Source: Asterias rubens
Lineage: Eukaryota
Assembly (NCBI RefSeq): GCF_902459465.1
Contig: NC_047064.1
Location: 22,630,001 to 22,694,000, forward strand
Direction of reading: 5' to 3'
Length of the DNA: 64,000 nucleotides
Shown: piece after piece, positions 13,516 through 25,857 of the stretch
How the letters are laid out: every line of letters begins with the position of its first letter
Numbering within the stretch: the stretch's first letter is position 1
Position numbers and translations under genes: made by a program
The notes under the pieces: generated by a model
Databases searched by the model: none
The model's input: only the letters and a program-made list of their open reading frames with translations
Told to the model about the DNA's origin: nothing

Positions 13516-14814
13516 ACGTTGAAATTAACCCAACCTAGGCAATACACATGGACAATGTAAACAACGTTGAAATTAACCCAACCTAGGCAATACACATGGA
13601 CAATGTAAACAACGTTGAAATTAACCCAACCTAGGCAATACACATGGACAATGTAAACAACGTTGAAATTAACCCAACCTAGGCAATACACATGGACAAT
13701 GTAAACAACGTTGAAATTAACCCAACCTAGGCAATACACATGGACAATGTAAACAACGTTGAAATTAACCCAACCTAGGCAATACACATGGACAATGTAA
13801 ACAACGTTGAAATTAACCCAACCTAGGCAATACACATGGACAATGTAAACAACGTTGAAATTAACCCAACCTAGGCAATACACATGGACAATGTAAACAA
13901 CGTTGAAATTAACCCAACCTAGGCAATACACATGGACAATGTAAACAACGTTGAAATTAACCCAACCTAGGCAATACACATGGACAATGTAAACAACGTT
14001 GAAATTAACCCAACCTAGGCAATACACATGGACAATGTAAACAACGTTGAAATTAACCCAACCTAGGCAATACACATGGACAATGTAAACAACGTTGAAA
14101 TTAACCCAACCTAGGCAATACACATGGACAATGTAAACAACGTTGAAATTAACCCAACCTAGGCAATACACATGGACAATGTAAACAACGTTGAAATTAA
14201 CCCAACCTAGGCAATACACATGGACAATGTAAACAACGTTGAAATTAACCCAACCTAGGCAATACACATGGACAATGTAAACAACGTTGAAATTAACCCA
14301 ACCTAGGCAATACACATGGACAATGTAAACAACGTTGAAATTAACCCAACCTAGGCAATACACATGGACAATGTAAACAACGTTGAAATTAACCCAACCT
14401 AGGCAATACACATGGACAATGTAAACAACGTTGAAATTAACCCAACCTAGGCAATACACATGGACAATGTAAACAACGTTGAAATTAACCCAACCTAGGC
14501 AATACACATGGACAATGTAAACAACGTTGAAATTAACCCAACCTAGGCAATACACATGGACAATGTAAACAACGTTGAAATTAACCCAACCTAGGCAATA
14601 CACATGGACAATGTAAACAACGTTGAAATTAACCCAACCTAGGCAATACACATGGACAATGTAAACAACGTTGAAATTAACCCAACCTAGGCAATACACA
14701 TGGACAATGTAAACAACGTTGAAATTAACCCAACCTAGGCAATACACATGGACAATGTAAACAACGTTGAAATTAACCCAACCTAGGCAATACACATGGA
14801 CAATGTAAACAACG
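13516..14814. repeat. Minisatellite, 48-bp unit, 27 apparently identical copies
   Basis: (acgttgaaattaacccaacctaggcaatacacatggacaatgtaaaca)27; source of the 448-aa minus-strand ORF. Confidence 0.98.
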
Positions 14815-14866
14815 CACTTAAAAATTGAAATAGAAACCATGCTGGAAATGGTTGTTAACTGTTAAC

Positions 14867-14961
14867 ATCTGTACCCATAATTATAAATATCTGTGCCCAT
14901 AATTATAAATATCTGTGCCCATAATTATAAATATCTGTACCCATAATTATAAATATCTGTA
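14867..14961. repeat. Minisatellite, 22-bp unit, about 4 copies
   Basis: (atctgtRcccataattataaat)n. Confidence 0.93.
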
Positions 14962-15531
14962 TGAAACTTGCGCATAATAAATGAATAAATTATTAATTAT
15001 TATCAATGTCAGCTTTATGCTGGTGACGTTCTATGTGTTACAACCAAACGGGTCCCCTGCTATATTGAGTAGCAGTGGTTCCTAATGATGCAGCTATAAC
15101 TCCTAATTCTACTAGCGTATTCAAACCGAGGCTGCAAGGGCAAATAGTCTGGTGCCATACATAATAGAAATAATCAGTATTCAATGTTGTTACTACACAC
15201 AGGGTGCACGACAAAGATGGCGGCAAGCATGATGAAGGTCTATAGTGAAAAGTGATAACCCCAAGCAGTCAATACCTCCGTCCTGAGCCGAAGGTGTTTT
15301 GCTCAACTTCGCTTCATTTCAGTCAATCCAAAGGTAAATTAGATTTTATAACATCTTGTAGTTCATCTCTTGGGCCCAATTTCATGGCACTGCTTAAAGT
15401 GCGGTAGGGTGAATCTCAGGCAGAAATTAGCATAGGACATTTAGCTACGTGAAACTTCCAAGACGACGGTGTAGTAGCTCAACCCCAATTTCAAATTAAT
15501 CCAAGGAGTATTGTCACCTACAAAATATCGC

Positions 15532-16113
15532 CTATAGACCGATCCAGGCGCGCAAGTGCTGGGCGCCGCCATGCGCTGCGCGCCATTGCTGGGGTTTCTT
15601 TGTGCCTAGTTTTGTGCACAAAGACACGAGAAAATCGTTTTCCTTTTCACTTTTTATGGGAATTTAATGTCTTCCTCGATCATCTATGAAATTTCCGTGA
15701 TATGGCTGATTGATATAACAACGTATTACAATCTTGATAATTTGTTTTAATTAAGCAGAAAGTAAAATACTGAAATTCTGACAAACTACCTTGCCGATGT
15801 ACCGCATTAGCTACTTTTATGCAGTTTCCGCGTGTTTGACCCCTAACTCCCCTAAGACAAGCACTTTTTCAAGATGATTCGGCTTATATTGTGTCGTAAA
15901 TTTTTGTGGTCAGTGATCTACATTGGTATTATCATGATGTCCTGTTAAGGAAATTGTGTTATTCGTTGAGGAAAACAATTAATTTCCATAAATAGTAAAA
16001 AGAAACATGATTTCCTTATGTCTTTGTGCACAAAACTTGGCACATGTGCACCCCTGCAATGGCGCGCGGTGCTAAACATTTGCGCGCCCGGTGCGCGTCG
16101 GATCGGTCTATAG
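15532..16113. mobile_element. TA-flanked MITE with long imperfect inverted arms
   Basis: ctatagaccgatcc ... ggatcggtctatag, with internal ttttgtgcacaaagaca / tgtctttgtgcacaaaa. A related fragment lies at ~43400-43470. Confidence 0.75.
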
Positions 16114-16217
16114 AGAGCACTTTGTATCTGCGTATTCTCTCGGAATTTGTGCATATCGTGTGCGATGCAATGTGGCGCAGACTGGCCCCGTATCTATGAC
16201 GTTACCCTGCCGATCAG

Positions 16218-16459
16218 GGGCTAATTTCATAGGGCTGCTTAAGCAAAAATTTTGCTTAAGCAAGAAAATAGCTCGCTTATTTTACACATGTTACTGGCCA
16301 AAATGTCATGCCATATACATTGCTTATGACTAGTATTTAGCTGTTGTTTACTTAGCATAACAATTGAGTGGGGTCTTGGCCGGTAATCTGATTTTTCTAA
16401 GCAATGCATTTTTTGCTAAAGCAAAATTTTGTGCTTAAGCAGCTCTATGAAATTAGGCC
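16218..16459. mobile_element. PIF/Harbinger-like MITE with CAG target-site duplication
   Basis: cag|gggctaatttcatagggctgcttaagc ... gcttaagcagctctatgaaattaggcc|cag. Confidence 0.85.
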
Positions 16460-16975
16460 CAGTGCCCTCGCTGAGGCTCGTGAAGGAGGACCCCATTACA
16501 TGATTTAAGCGCTGGGTCGGATCCTGCCAGATGTATCTTTGACCTTGCATCCATTTCACTCGGAGGAGATTCGTCGTTACTTCATACATACATGCATAAA
16601 CGTATAAACATTATGTACACGGTGACTTGCATTGCAGACGATCGAATAGGACTACTAGCTGAAAACAAGCCCAGATTTAGATATGGAAGATTACTTCACT
16701 GTTCCTTTCTCCAATGAACTAAATGTATATGAAATAATTGGGCCTGTGACAGTGTGCAGTTTTTAGCTGATAAAGACAGTACGGGGGACCAGTCTAGCAG
16801 ATCATTAGACTGGTCCCCTTTAAATATGGCACTGTGGTAAGATTTCACAAAGCACTTGAGATTCATCTTAAGATTCAGCTTAAAGCGTCAATATTACCAT
16901 AGTGATTTTCTTTGGTGACAAAACATTTTGCCAAACGTATGGCCGGAATGTGCGCACAATATTGTGTGTTGCAAA

Positions 16976-17141
16976 AGCCCGGTCTCACTGCAGCGCTCTT
17001 AGCGCAAAGAGAACGCATTCTATTGGTTGAATTGCTCCACGCAGAATACGCTCACTCTCATTCAACCAATATAATGCGATATCTTTGCGTCGTTATCGTG
17101 CGTTATCGTTCTCGTTATCGCGATGCAGTGGGACCGGGCCT
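16976..17141. mobile_element. Short MITE (gcccggtcYcactgca arms)
   Basis: agcccggtctcactgca / tgcagtgggaccgggcct followed by taa. Confidence 0.65.
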
Positions 17142-17533
17142 TAATGGTGGTGGGCGCGCGGTGATGGCAGCAGTTAGCTGATCACGGTGCGTTACAGCGT
17201 GCGCGTGACCTCATCGTACCAGCAGCGTTGCGCGTCATGCAAAAGCGATCCATTTCTTGGCGTGTGTTTTATCTTTTGATTTGAAATACGCACAAGGCAT
17301 TTGCACTGCGCTTTTTGAGTGAGACGCGCGCCTAGCACAGGAAACGAAGGGGTTTCGCGTTTCCAATGATTTTGTAAATGAAAAGTTAATGACACTTCCT
17401 AGCTGTAGCTTGCCAATGATCAAAGTAGCGCATTGATTTAGTTGTACAGAACTGTCTCGTTCAATCATACAAAACCGTGAACGACGATTTCAAGTATTAC
17501 GTCATTTATTCCGTCTTTCAGATTCATCTTATT

Positions 17534-18028
17534 CATAGAGCTATATATATTGACTAGAGCGCTAACAACACGCACTAAGGTTGTGAAGCCGTGTGGGCGC
17601 ATCCATGTTTATGTACAAACCAATACAAAAGCTTGAAATTTTGTACGGCAATTGTAATGCTATTTGCATGATAGTGCGTTAGTTCTTTTCTATGTGTCAT
17701 CGAAGCAAAAAATGCAGCAAATGTGAATGCACAATCGGCTGATGAGCGTACAAAACTGCGAGCGTCATGTGCGTCATGATTAAAAGGCGCGTTTACTTTT
17801 TTTTTAGAACGGCAATCAAGTCGAAGTTACGGTTTTCGTAGCGCGGACGTACGCGCGCGAGTGGACAGTTGCGTACGTATACGCACACGCAGAATGTAAA
17901 ATAATCGCGGCAATGTGTGTTCTCTTAAAATTCCAAATTCACGCAACACATCAAACATGTCTGCGCCCAGGGTGGCTTCAAAACGCAGAGCAAGTTAGCG
18001 CTCTCTAGTCAATATATATAGCTCTATG
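17534..18028. mobile_element. Non-autonomous hAT-like element, 495 bp, perfect 8-bp target-site duplication
   Basis: ATCTTATT|catagagctatatatattgactagag ... ctctagtcaatatatatagctctatg|ATCTTATT. Confidence 0.88.
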
Positions 18029-19821
18029 ATCTTATTTCAGTTCTTCTGAAGTACCGGCCCGGCCCCGCAAATTACGCCAGCGTTGCACACAAACACGCGT
18101 ATCAACGCTTGCGTCGTGACAGGCCTGCGTTTGATATCGAATGCGAAGCGGCCGGACACTTGGCAAGTTGGTTAATTTGTTTCAATATGCACGTTGTTAG
18201 GTCTACTGGAGATCAATGGTGTACATACAGTAGTACATTTCCTTGGCAGATACAAAAGTTAATAAAACAAGTGGGACAAGTAGGCCTACTGACGAAGAAG
18301 TGGGCTCAGATGTCTAACGGAAATAAAGGCCTTCCCGAGAGGTAGGAATCATTCTTAAGGTCAAACAAGATATTTTTACCGAGAGTAGAAGGTTTGGAGT
18401 TCCGTATCTTAATTTGATGAAAGTCTTAACATTATATCTGATACTTGATTTTTGTTGTAACTAAAATGTGGCCATGATTCCAGTCACCGTTGCAACGGAG
18501 GAGTGCAACTTTGGTTAACTATAAAAGGTAATTCGCACCCTGGTCGCTATAGCGCGTAAGCCTCTGTTGCACTACACTGACACACTTTCTAGGTGGCAGC
18601 CTTGTAAATTTAAGGGGAAGACATATAACTTTTAAGTTTGTGCACAGCTACAGTGTTTAAAGATGGCACCGCGATATAGGTTACTCTGTGTGCGCTGCAC
18701 TCCATTTGAAGATTTTGGGTCTAAGAAGGTAAGCCCTTCCCTCGAAAGTATATCCGTGCCATTTGGTTTGAGTTATTTCATTTATCATGGCTTATGAAAT
18801 TTCGTTTGCCAGACGCATCTGAAAATAATATTAATCAAACCAAGGCCCTTTATAGCCCCAAATGATCGACATCGTGTACAGAGACAGCGTCAACCCATCT
18901 TGAAATCTAAGCTGACGTCAGTGCCAGAGGCGACCTTCCCCTCCAGACATCCATCTCCCTTTTTATCGGGAATGTTTCAGTCGGTTTCCCCGTTCGTTTC
19001 TTTCCTCTTCTCGGCAGCTGTACCATGCGCCGAAACTTGATCTTCAATCACACAATAGATCAAGCTTTAACAACGTAGCGACACTGTGCATCCCAAAAGC
19101 TCGCCATCAAAGCAAAACATGTATCGAGAAACGACGTCTGAAGTGAACAGTATGAAAAGGGGCAATTATTGCGCCGGGTATTTCTAAATTACGGTGACGT
19201 TAAGTTGCGCAGAGTGTTGGCACAACCAACTGTCTTGATCAAAAATGGGACATTATGTCAGCTTTAGCCAACAGACGATGAAGGAATTGCTACATCTCAA
19301 CTGTGTGCATGACATGTTTTATTACATTTTAAATGACAAGTTTGGAAAGTTATTTTGCTCAAACGGCCACCATGTTTGCCTTTTAACATTTTCACTTTTT
19401 AAGTCCCGCGGAGTTAAAACAACGTTGGCCATTTATGGAAACAAAAAAAATTCTGCAATCGAAATATCTATGTGTTATATGATGTGAATGACGAGAGGAA
19501 GGTTTGCCAAGTTAAAATTGTTCCACCCGTCAACTAAGGACAAATATTGCGATCTTGGCATGCATGAAACCAAGTATTACAGAAACTTTACAATTTTTTT
19601 TTTTTTTTTTTTAAGTCAAATGTCTAGAAGTTTCGGATGGATTTTGTTAACATTTTCTTTAGAGAACGAAATATTATCGTCCATAAAAACATGTTGCGTG
19701 GAAAATTGTCGGAGGATGTTGCTTGCAAGCCTGAGGAAACCTCTGTTAACAAAAGGTGCTTGCTTTAAATGTGAAACAGAAACACAGAGGAGGTAACCCT
19801 TATACTCTACTGTTCTAGGTG

Positions 19822-20614
19822 AACTTATCGTGCACTACCAATCCTAAAATAAACCGGGACCCACAGTTAACTTATCGTGCACTACCAATCCTAGAATAAA
19901 CCGGGACCCACCTTATCGTGCACTACCAATCCTAGAATAAACCGGGACCCACAGTTAACTTATCGTGCACTACCAATCCTAGAATAAACCGGGACCCACA
20001 GTTAACTTATCGTGCACTACCAATCCTGGAATAAACCGGGACCCACAGTTAACTTATCGTGCACTACCAATCCTGGAATAAACCGGGACCCACAGTTAAC
20101 TTATCGTGCACTACCAATCCTAGAATAAACCGGGACCCACAGTTAACTTATCGTGCACTACCAATCCTAGAATAAACCGGGACCCACAGTTAACTTATCG
20201 TGCACTACCAATCCTGGAATAAACCGGGACCCACAGATAACTTATCGTGCACTACCAATCCTAGAATAAACCGGGACCCACAGTTAACTTATCGTGCACT
20301 ACCAATCCTGGAATAAACCGGGACCCACAGTTAACTTATCGTGCACTACCAATCCTGGAATAAACCGGGACCCACAGTTAACTTATCGTGCACTACCAAT
20401 CCTGGAATAAACCGGGACCCACAGTTAACTTATCGTGCACTACCAATCCTAGAATAAACCGGGACCCACAGTTAACTTATCGTGCACTACCAATCCTGGA
20501 ATAAACCGGGACCCACAGTTAACTTATCGTGCACTACCAATCCTGGAATAAACCGGGACCCACAGTTAACTTATCGTGCACTACCAATCCTAGAATAAAC
20601 CGGGACCCACAGTT
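19822..20614. repeat. Minisatellite, 47-bp unit, about 17 copies
   Basis: (aacttatcgtgcactaccaatcctRgaataaaccgggacccacagtt)n; one unit carries a deletion. Confidence 0.97.
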
Positions 20615-20667
20615 TAGTGTCCCACTTGAAGTATCTTGTTCAAGGATAAAAGTGTTACGACTAGTAT

Positions 20668-20833
20668 ACAAATATTGACTGCTTCGAGTGCCATGGTTAA
20701 ACCTATGACTCCCGAGGTGATCCCCGGACGTTCATTTTCCCGAGGCGAAGCCGAGGGGAAATAGAGCGCTACGGGGATCACCGAGGGAGTCATAGGTTTA
20801 ACCATTGCACGAGTAAAAGCAGTCAATATTTGT
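20668..20833. mobile_element. Palindromic MITE-like element with central GCGAAGC
   Basis: acaaatattgactgct..atggttaaacctatgactccc..ggtgatcccc / ggggatcacc..gggagtcataggtttaaccat..agcagtcaatatttgt. Confidence 0.75.
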
Positions 20834-23231
20834 TTAATAACACCCCAAACATGTCTAAATACTGTACTATTAAGTTACAGGCCTGAATGATACAATCCAC
20901 GGACGACGCGAATACAGATTGCAAAAACTTTGATTGTGCTGCATGTAGTGTCGTACAATCCGAAATGGTTACAGACTATTATCATCCTCGTACACGCAAC
21001 GGACGTCTGGGTAATGCACGCCTTGTGCTAGTCTTCGGACTAGCGCACGGCAAACCGACGCACTATCACACGGCCGTCGTCTAGCAAAATTAAGACATTT
21101 CATGTGACGCGCTCTAAACCAATGAGCGGGCAGAATACTTGTAAGGGGTGTTATAAAACTGAAACCCACACTCTGTTAACCAGAAACACTATTAATGGAT
21201 GGATGGGAAACAGGAAACGAGTTACACGTTTCCGTTTTATAACCTGGTTTGCTTATTGCTCTTCTCCATTTGCCAATATTCGGAGCAGTCTTGTGCTTCA
21301 AAACCAAAAGAACATCTCGGTTTTGGCAAAAACCTTTTTAGAGAGGTATTTTCCCACTCAATTGAAGTCATTGTGACGACCAGGAGCATTTAACTTAAAG
21401 CCACGATCATTTGAGAAACCATATTACAATTTCAACACTGCCGTTGACTGAATCTGTCTGTTGAACCATACATAGTCTTCAGCTCGGGCTTGATTAATAA
21501 TATCCATGTTTGAAGTCCTCCCGACAGCTTAAGCTGGATGCTGAGTCGAAGCCGTGGTTTCGAAAAGGCCCTGTAAAATTATATTAGAAAGCAATTTAAT
21601 GATTTTAACACAGACCAACCATCTTTGTCATAAAATTATTTCCTTTTTACGCCTAGATTAAAATGACACCAAGGCGAAAGCACACTGAGGTGCCAGACTA
21701 AATTTTGAGCTTGCTTCAAGCTTTTTGCAAGCGTGTGTTCTGGTCCAGGCTCCGTTTGATATGGAAACACCGTGCACAGATGAACACTGGAGCTCAAGCC
21801 GAAGCCGGAGTCCCATACCCGCGGTTTGGAAAATACCCTTTTACAACGTTGATGGAAACAACCCAAGATGCTTATGATCAAAGGTTGTAGCTAGCGAGCA
21901 TCACGATCTCTGGCCGTGGAAAACATCTGTCTTGATAGAGATGGAGAGCGTCTTGAAACCGTTCTGATTATGCATCACTTCAAGACACGCATCATTTAGT
22001 TTGATCTTTAGTGCATGGTGGTGAAAAGATGAAGACCACGAATATAAGAAGAGCCGCAAAAAACCCTCGCAACTCATCTTTAATTAACAGTTGTCATGGA
22101 AACTGAACTTGAGGATGTATTGTGGAGGATACTTGTTTCGTGTTATTAATCATTAGTGGTTTTATTAGAGGGTTGCTCACGAGGAGGTCTTAGGCCCACG
22201 CTCTTCAACTAGAAAGAATAATAATATTAAGCCATCCACTTTATGGAAATCCAATAAAGGTTATGTTTCCGCACGTTGGCATCTACAGTTTCCGGTAATT
22301 TGTTATGCATTATGAAATTATAAATGTAATGTAATGTGAACAGAGTTAAAATTCGCATTACCTTTGAAGTGCATTTCTATTGTGTTACTATTGTGGGTCG
22401 TTCTTATTTGCACGATTGTGATTTTGTGTTTCGTCGCGAGAGAATAGACTTTGTACCGCCGCGTGTAATTATGTTTGCTTTTCTCGGTATAGAACGTTTC
22501 AATAATTTCTTTGGATGCGTTCTCAATATTCCCACCTGGTACATAATTATGGAATGGATCTATAGGGAATTGCAAACTGTAAGCTTTTAAAGATTGCTCT
22601 GTAAATGGTGAGAAAAAGTCTACATTTCAATCATTAACAAGCACTCCCATAAATTTGAAACATACTGCGTTATGATTAAGGCGTGCACCATGAATCTATA
22701 CATTATCTGAAAAACAACTCTCAAAATTGGCAGTACTGCAATCGAGATCATTTTCCGGGACGAGCATTATGTATGAGGTATAGTAAAATATAATATCAGA
22801 CTTATACTAAGTACCGATTTGGCTTGCGGGAATTTAGGTTGCGAGTTCCGAACTTCACGACTATGTCATGTTTTTTACTAACGCAATAATTTTCACTTTG
22901 CTCCCGTTTGTTGTCCATTTTTCTACGTTGTGTTATTCTATTGGCCCTAGGCCTCCATGGACTGATATGATAGAGCGCCAATCTTAGACCGCGTGAGTGC
23001 AAAGAGGATCCCCTTGTGTGATGTATTCACCACAGTTATAGGGCTCGGTCACTTACACGGCAAGGGTGTGACAGCTTGAACGTACGACGTTCAAGACAAT
23101 AACCCTAATAACGTAACTATACAGACTATCTGCCAAAACGTACAGCGATGCGAGTTCTCGTATTTCCACGCTGTATCCCGTGGGTCATTCGTCTTCTCGT
23201 ACGGTTCCGCAGTTACACACTATGTCCAGTT

Positions 23232-23447
23232 ATGCAACACACTCTGTCTTACCATAGAGCTAACAGAGCACGATCCGTATGGCGAAGCTGTTAAATGAAC
23301 AGAATGCAACACACTCTTTCTTACCATAGAGCTAACAGAGCACGATCCGTATGGCGAAGCTGTTAAACGAACAGAATGCAACACACTCTGTCTTACCATA
23401 GAGCTAACAGAGCACGATCCGTATGGCGAAGCTGTTAAATGAACAGA
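23232..23447. repeat. Tandem repeat, 72-bp unit, 3 copies
   Basis: tgcaacacactctKtcttaccatagagctaacagagcacgatccgtatggcgaagctgttaaaYgaacagaa. Confidence 0.95.
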
Positions 23448-24779
23448 ATTATTGCTTAAAACCTTGATTTGCTGAGCAGAAATAAGCCCCGAACCAGCCA
23501 ACATTCTACCTCAATAACTAGACTAGCACTGTACACAATCTCTCTCTTAATTGATGTGGAAAGTGTAGATTATGTCGAGGGAATCTCTCGTAATATTATT
23601 GTTTATTATAAATGAGCACTGCTATGTCTTGTTCCTTGATTATTGCAGCCTTGAGTTGATTAAAGGCAGGGTAACAGAATACACAAAATAATGAGCACAA
23701 AAACTTACGCGCTGTAGCTGTTGTTAGTCGGAAATAATTGCCTATAAAGTAATAATATACGGTTGGATACTTTCAAAGCATTTGAATCTGAGAGAATGAA
23801 TTACCGTTACTCAGATTTATTTGGTTTGATGTCTATTCGCGAATGATGCGGTTGGTATCCGCTGCCACCGCGCTAACGTGGATGGATTTCAAGGCTCTTG
23901 TGAACAAACCATTACAATTTATTTTATATCTCATTATAATATTGCCTAATATATTAGCACAACGTTGATCTATGATCCATTACCTTTAATGCAGTAATCG
24001 ACACTGGATCAACTTATGGCATAATAAGAAGAATCTTCCTCAGGAAGCGGCTCAAATGTTTATTAAACCAAAGGTTCTCATCGAAACAGCAGGATTGGAA
24101 TTCTTTGAATTTAATAACGAAGGACAAAACATATCCTTGTTTTTTTTAACCGTTTTGATTATTTTAAATAAAAAAGTATGCATTCCCTTTTACAGCAAGA
24201 CGTAAACCAACACAAACAGAACAGACTTCAACAGCACACAAATGCATAGGAGATATTTTGTGAAATGAAATAGGTTCAACAACCTGATACAGATGCTGAG
24301 CTTGTACTCGCAACATAGCTGAACATTATTGACCATGCAAAATGCAAGAGAGCAAAACATGTTAAAATGTCTAAAAGTGCGAACATAATATAACAATGAT
24401 ATCGAGTGAGCCACTCCAACGCGTAAGAAGTGAGATTACATTTGACACTTTAGGGAAAACCTGTGACAGCCGTCACTGCATAGATATGAAATTGCCAGTT
24501 GCCATAGTAACAATCTTAACACTTAGAAGGAGTATATGCTTGATTGAACGGGAAATAAATAGCGTATCGGTCGCAACGCACCAAGTCATGTTCATAGAGT
24601 AAAAACACCATTAAGGTCGATTGTTGTGCACGTCGAGTCTTTGTGTGTGAGAATACTATTGCTTTGCGGATCGTTAAGTCATACACATGCTGTTTTCAAT
24701 ATGCAACAAAACGTGTCCATATTTTGTTTGAATAGTCGTGACAATTGTTCCAACCGTGAATAGACTTTGACAATTGACA

Positions 24780-24880
24780 TGGCTTAAATAAGATCCTAAG
24801 ATCATAACACATCGAAACAACCGGTGCTCCTTGCTGTCCCATCTTGTGGTACTTGTCTTGTGGCATGTCTGACAAACATC
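24780..24880 (+). promoter_or_regulatory. Candidate non-coding first exon of CHST-A
   Basis: GTAAGT donor at 24881, upstream of the 25717 acceptor. The left boundary is arbitrary. Confidence 0.25.
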
Positions 24881-25724
24881 GTAAGTGTATTTTTGTATTC
24901 AGCTGTCATAAAGAGGGATTTAAATACAGTCTCTTCATTGTTAAAGTATATTTGCTTTGCAGAACGTCACTGTTTCATAGCCCGGCTCAATGGAGGTGAT
25001 TATGGGCGTTACGGACGGAAAATAAATGCCAACGGTGTGGCATCGTAACATCCAGAGATTAACTTTCGCTGGTCAAACATTTAAATACTCCCCATACCTC
25101 TCGGCTAGCTCAGGTTGTATGCTGCTTCGTGTGCAGAGCCGAGCTAAACGGTTGTTGGTATGTGTGCACGTTGTCTTCGGTTTTTCCCCTGGAGTGCATG
25201 TACAAGAGATGTCACCACGGATCTAGAGATATTATAACCACATGATCGTCACGGACTCACTTCGATCAGAACATCGGCAGTTTTTGTGTATTTTTGACTG
25301 AAGCCAATAATAGGCCTATAGCATGAGAACAACGTACCAGGCAACGTCATGTTAACGTGTTTATTCGTAACACCGTATACATTGTACACCGTATACGAGT
25401 GCACGTCTAACACTGTCTCGAAAACACTCACTCGTTCTACGCGACAATCGTCAATAAACTTACCTTTTCTTTGGATTCGTTCAAACTCACATTGTAACAT
25501 TCACTTTGAAATCATCGCAAACCGCATATTCTGTTGTTGTTGGTTTACATTGTGTTATCCAAAAGATAGACATTTTATACCTCCATGATTTTTATGCGGT
25601 ACGAATAGATATAATTGATAACAACCATGTCGGTTGCCACGTTTTAAGTAAGGCGGTTTGTGAGCTCAACACGATGTCGTATTTTATTTATTTTGATAAT
25701 TTTGACTTTGTTTTAGATATTGAG

Positions 25725-25857
25725 ATGGCTAGCGATCAACCTGCCGTTACTGCACGGACCAGACTGCCAGTGATAGTGATGCTTGTTCTATGCACGGCGC
25801 TGAGTGTTGTCTTTTATTTGCGGGTTCCCTTTGGACAAATACAAGAGATTCCTCTAG
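25725..25857 (+). CDS. CHST11-like: CHST-A coding exon 1 (cytoplasmic tail and transmembrane anchor)
   Basis: MASDQPAVTARTRLPVIVMLVLCTALSVVFYLRVPFGQIQEIPL-G. Donor G|GTAAG at 25858. Acceptor ttttag ends at 25716, implying an upstream non-coding exon. Confidence 0.8.

Noticed and set aside
13494-14840. 448-aa ORF as a real protein
   Set aside because: Entirely a 48-bp (16-codon) tandem repeat, with no splice or domain support.
15229-15288. Box C (ATGATGA) ... box D (CTGA) snoRNA candidate
   Set aside because: Short, non-canonical terminal stem and spacing, no recognisable rRNA guide, and no host intron identified.
21705-21890. Possible orphan exon at 21.7-21.9 kb
   Set aside because: Open in more than one frame, no recognisable homology, and no partner exons.
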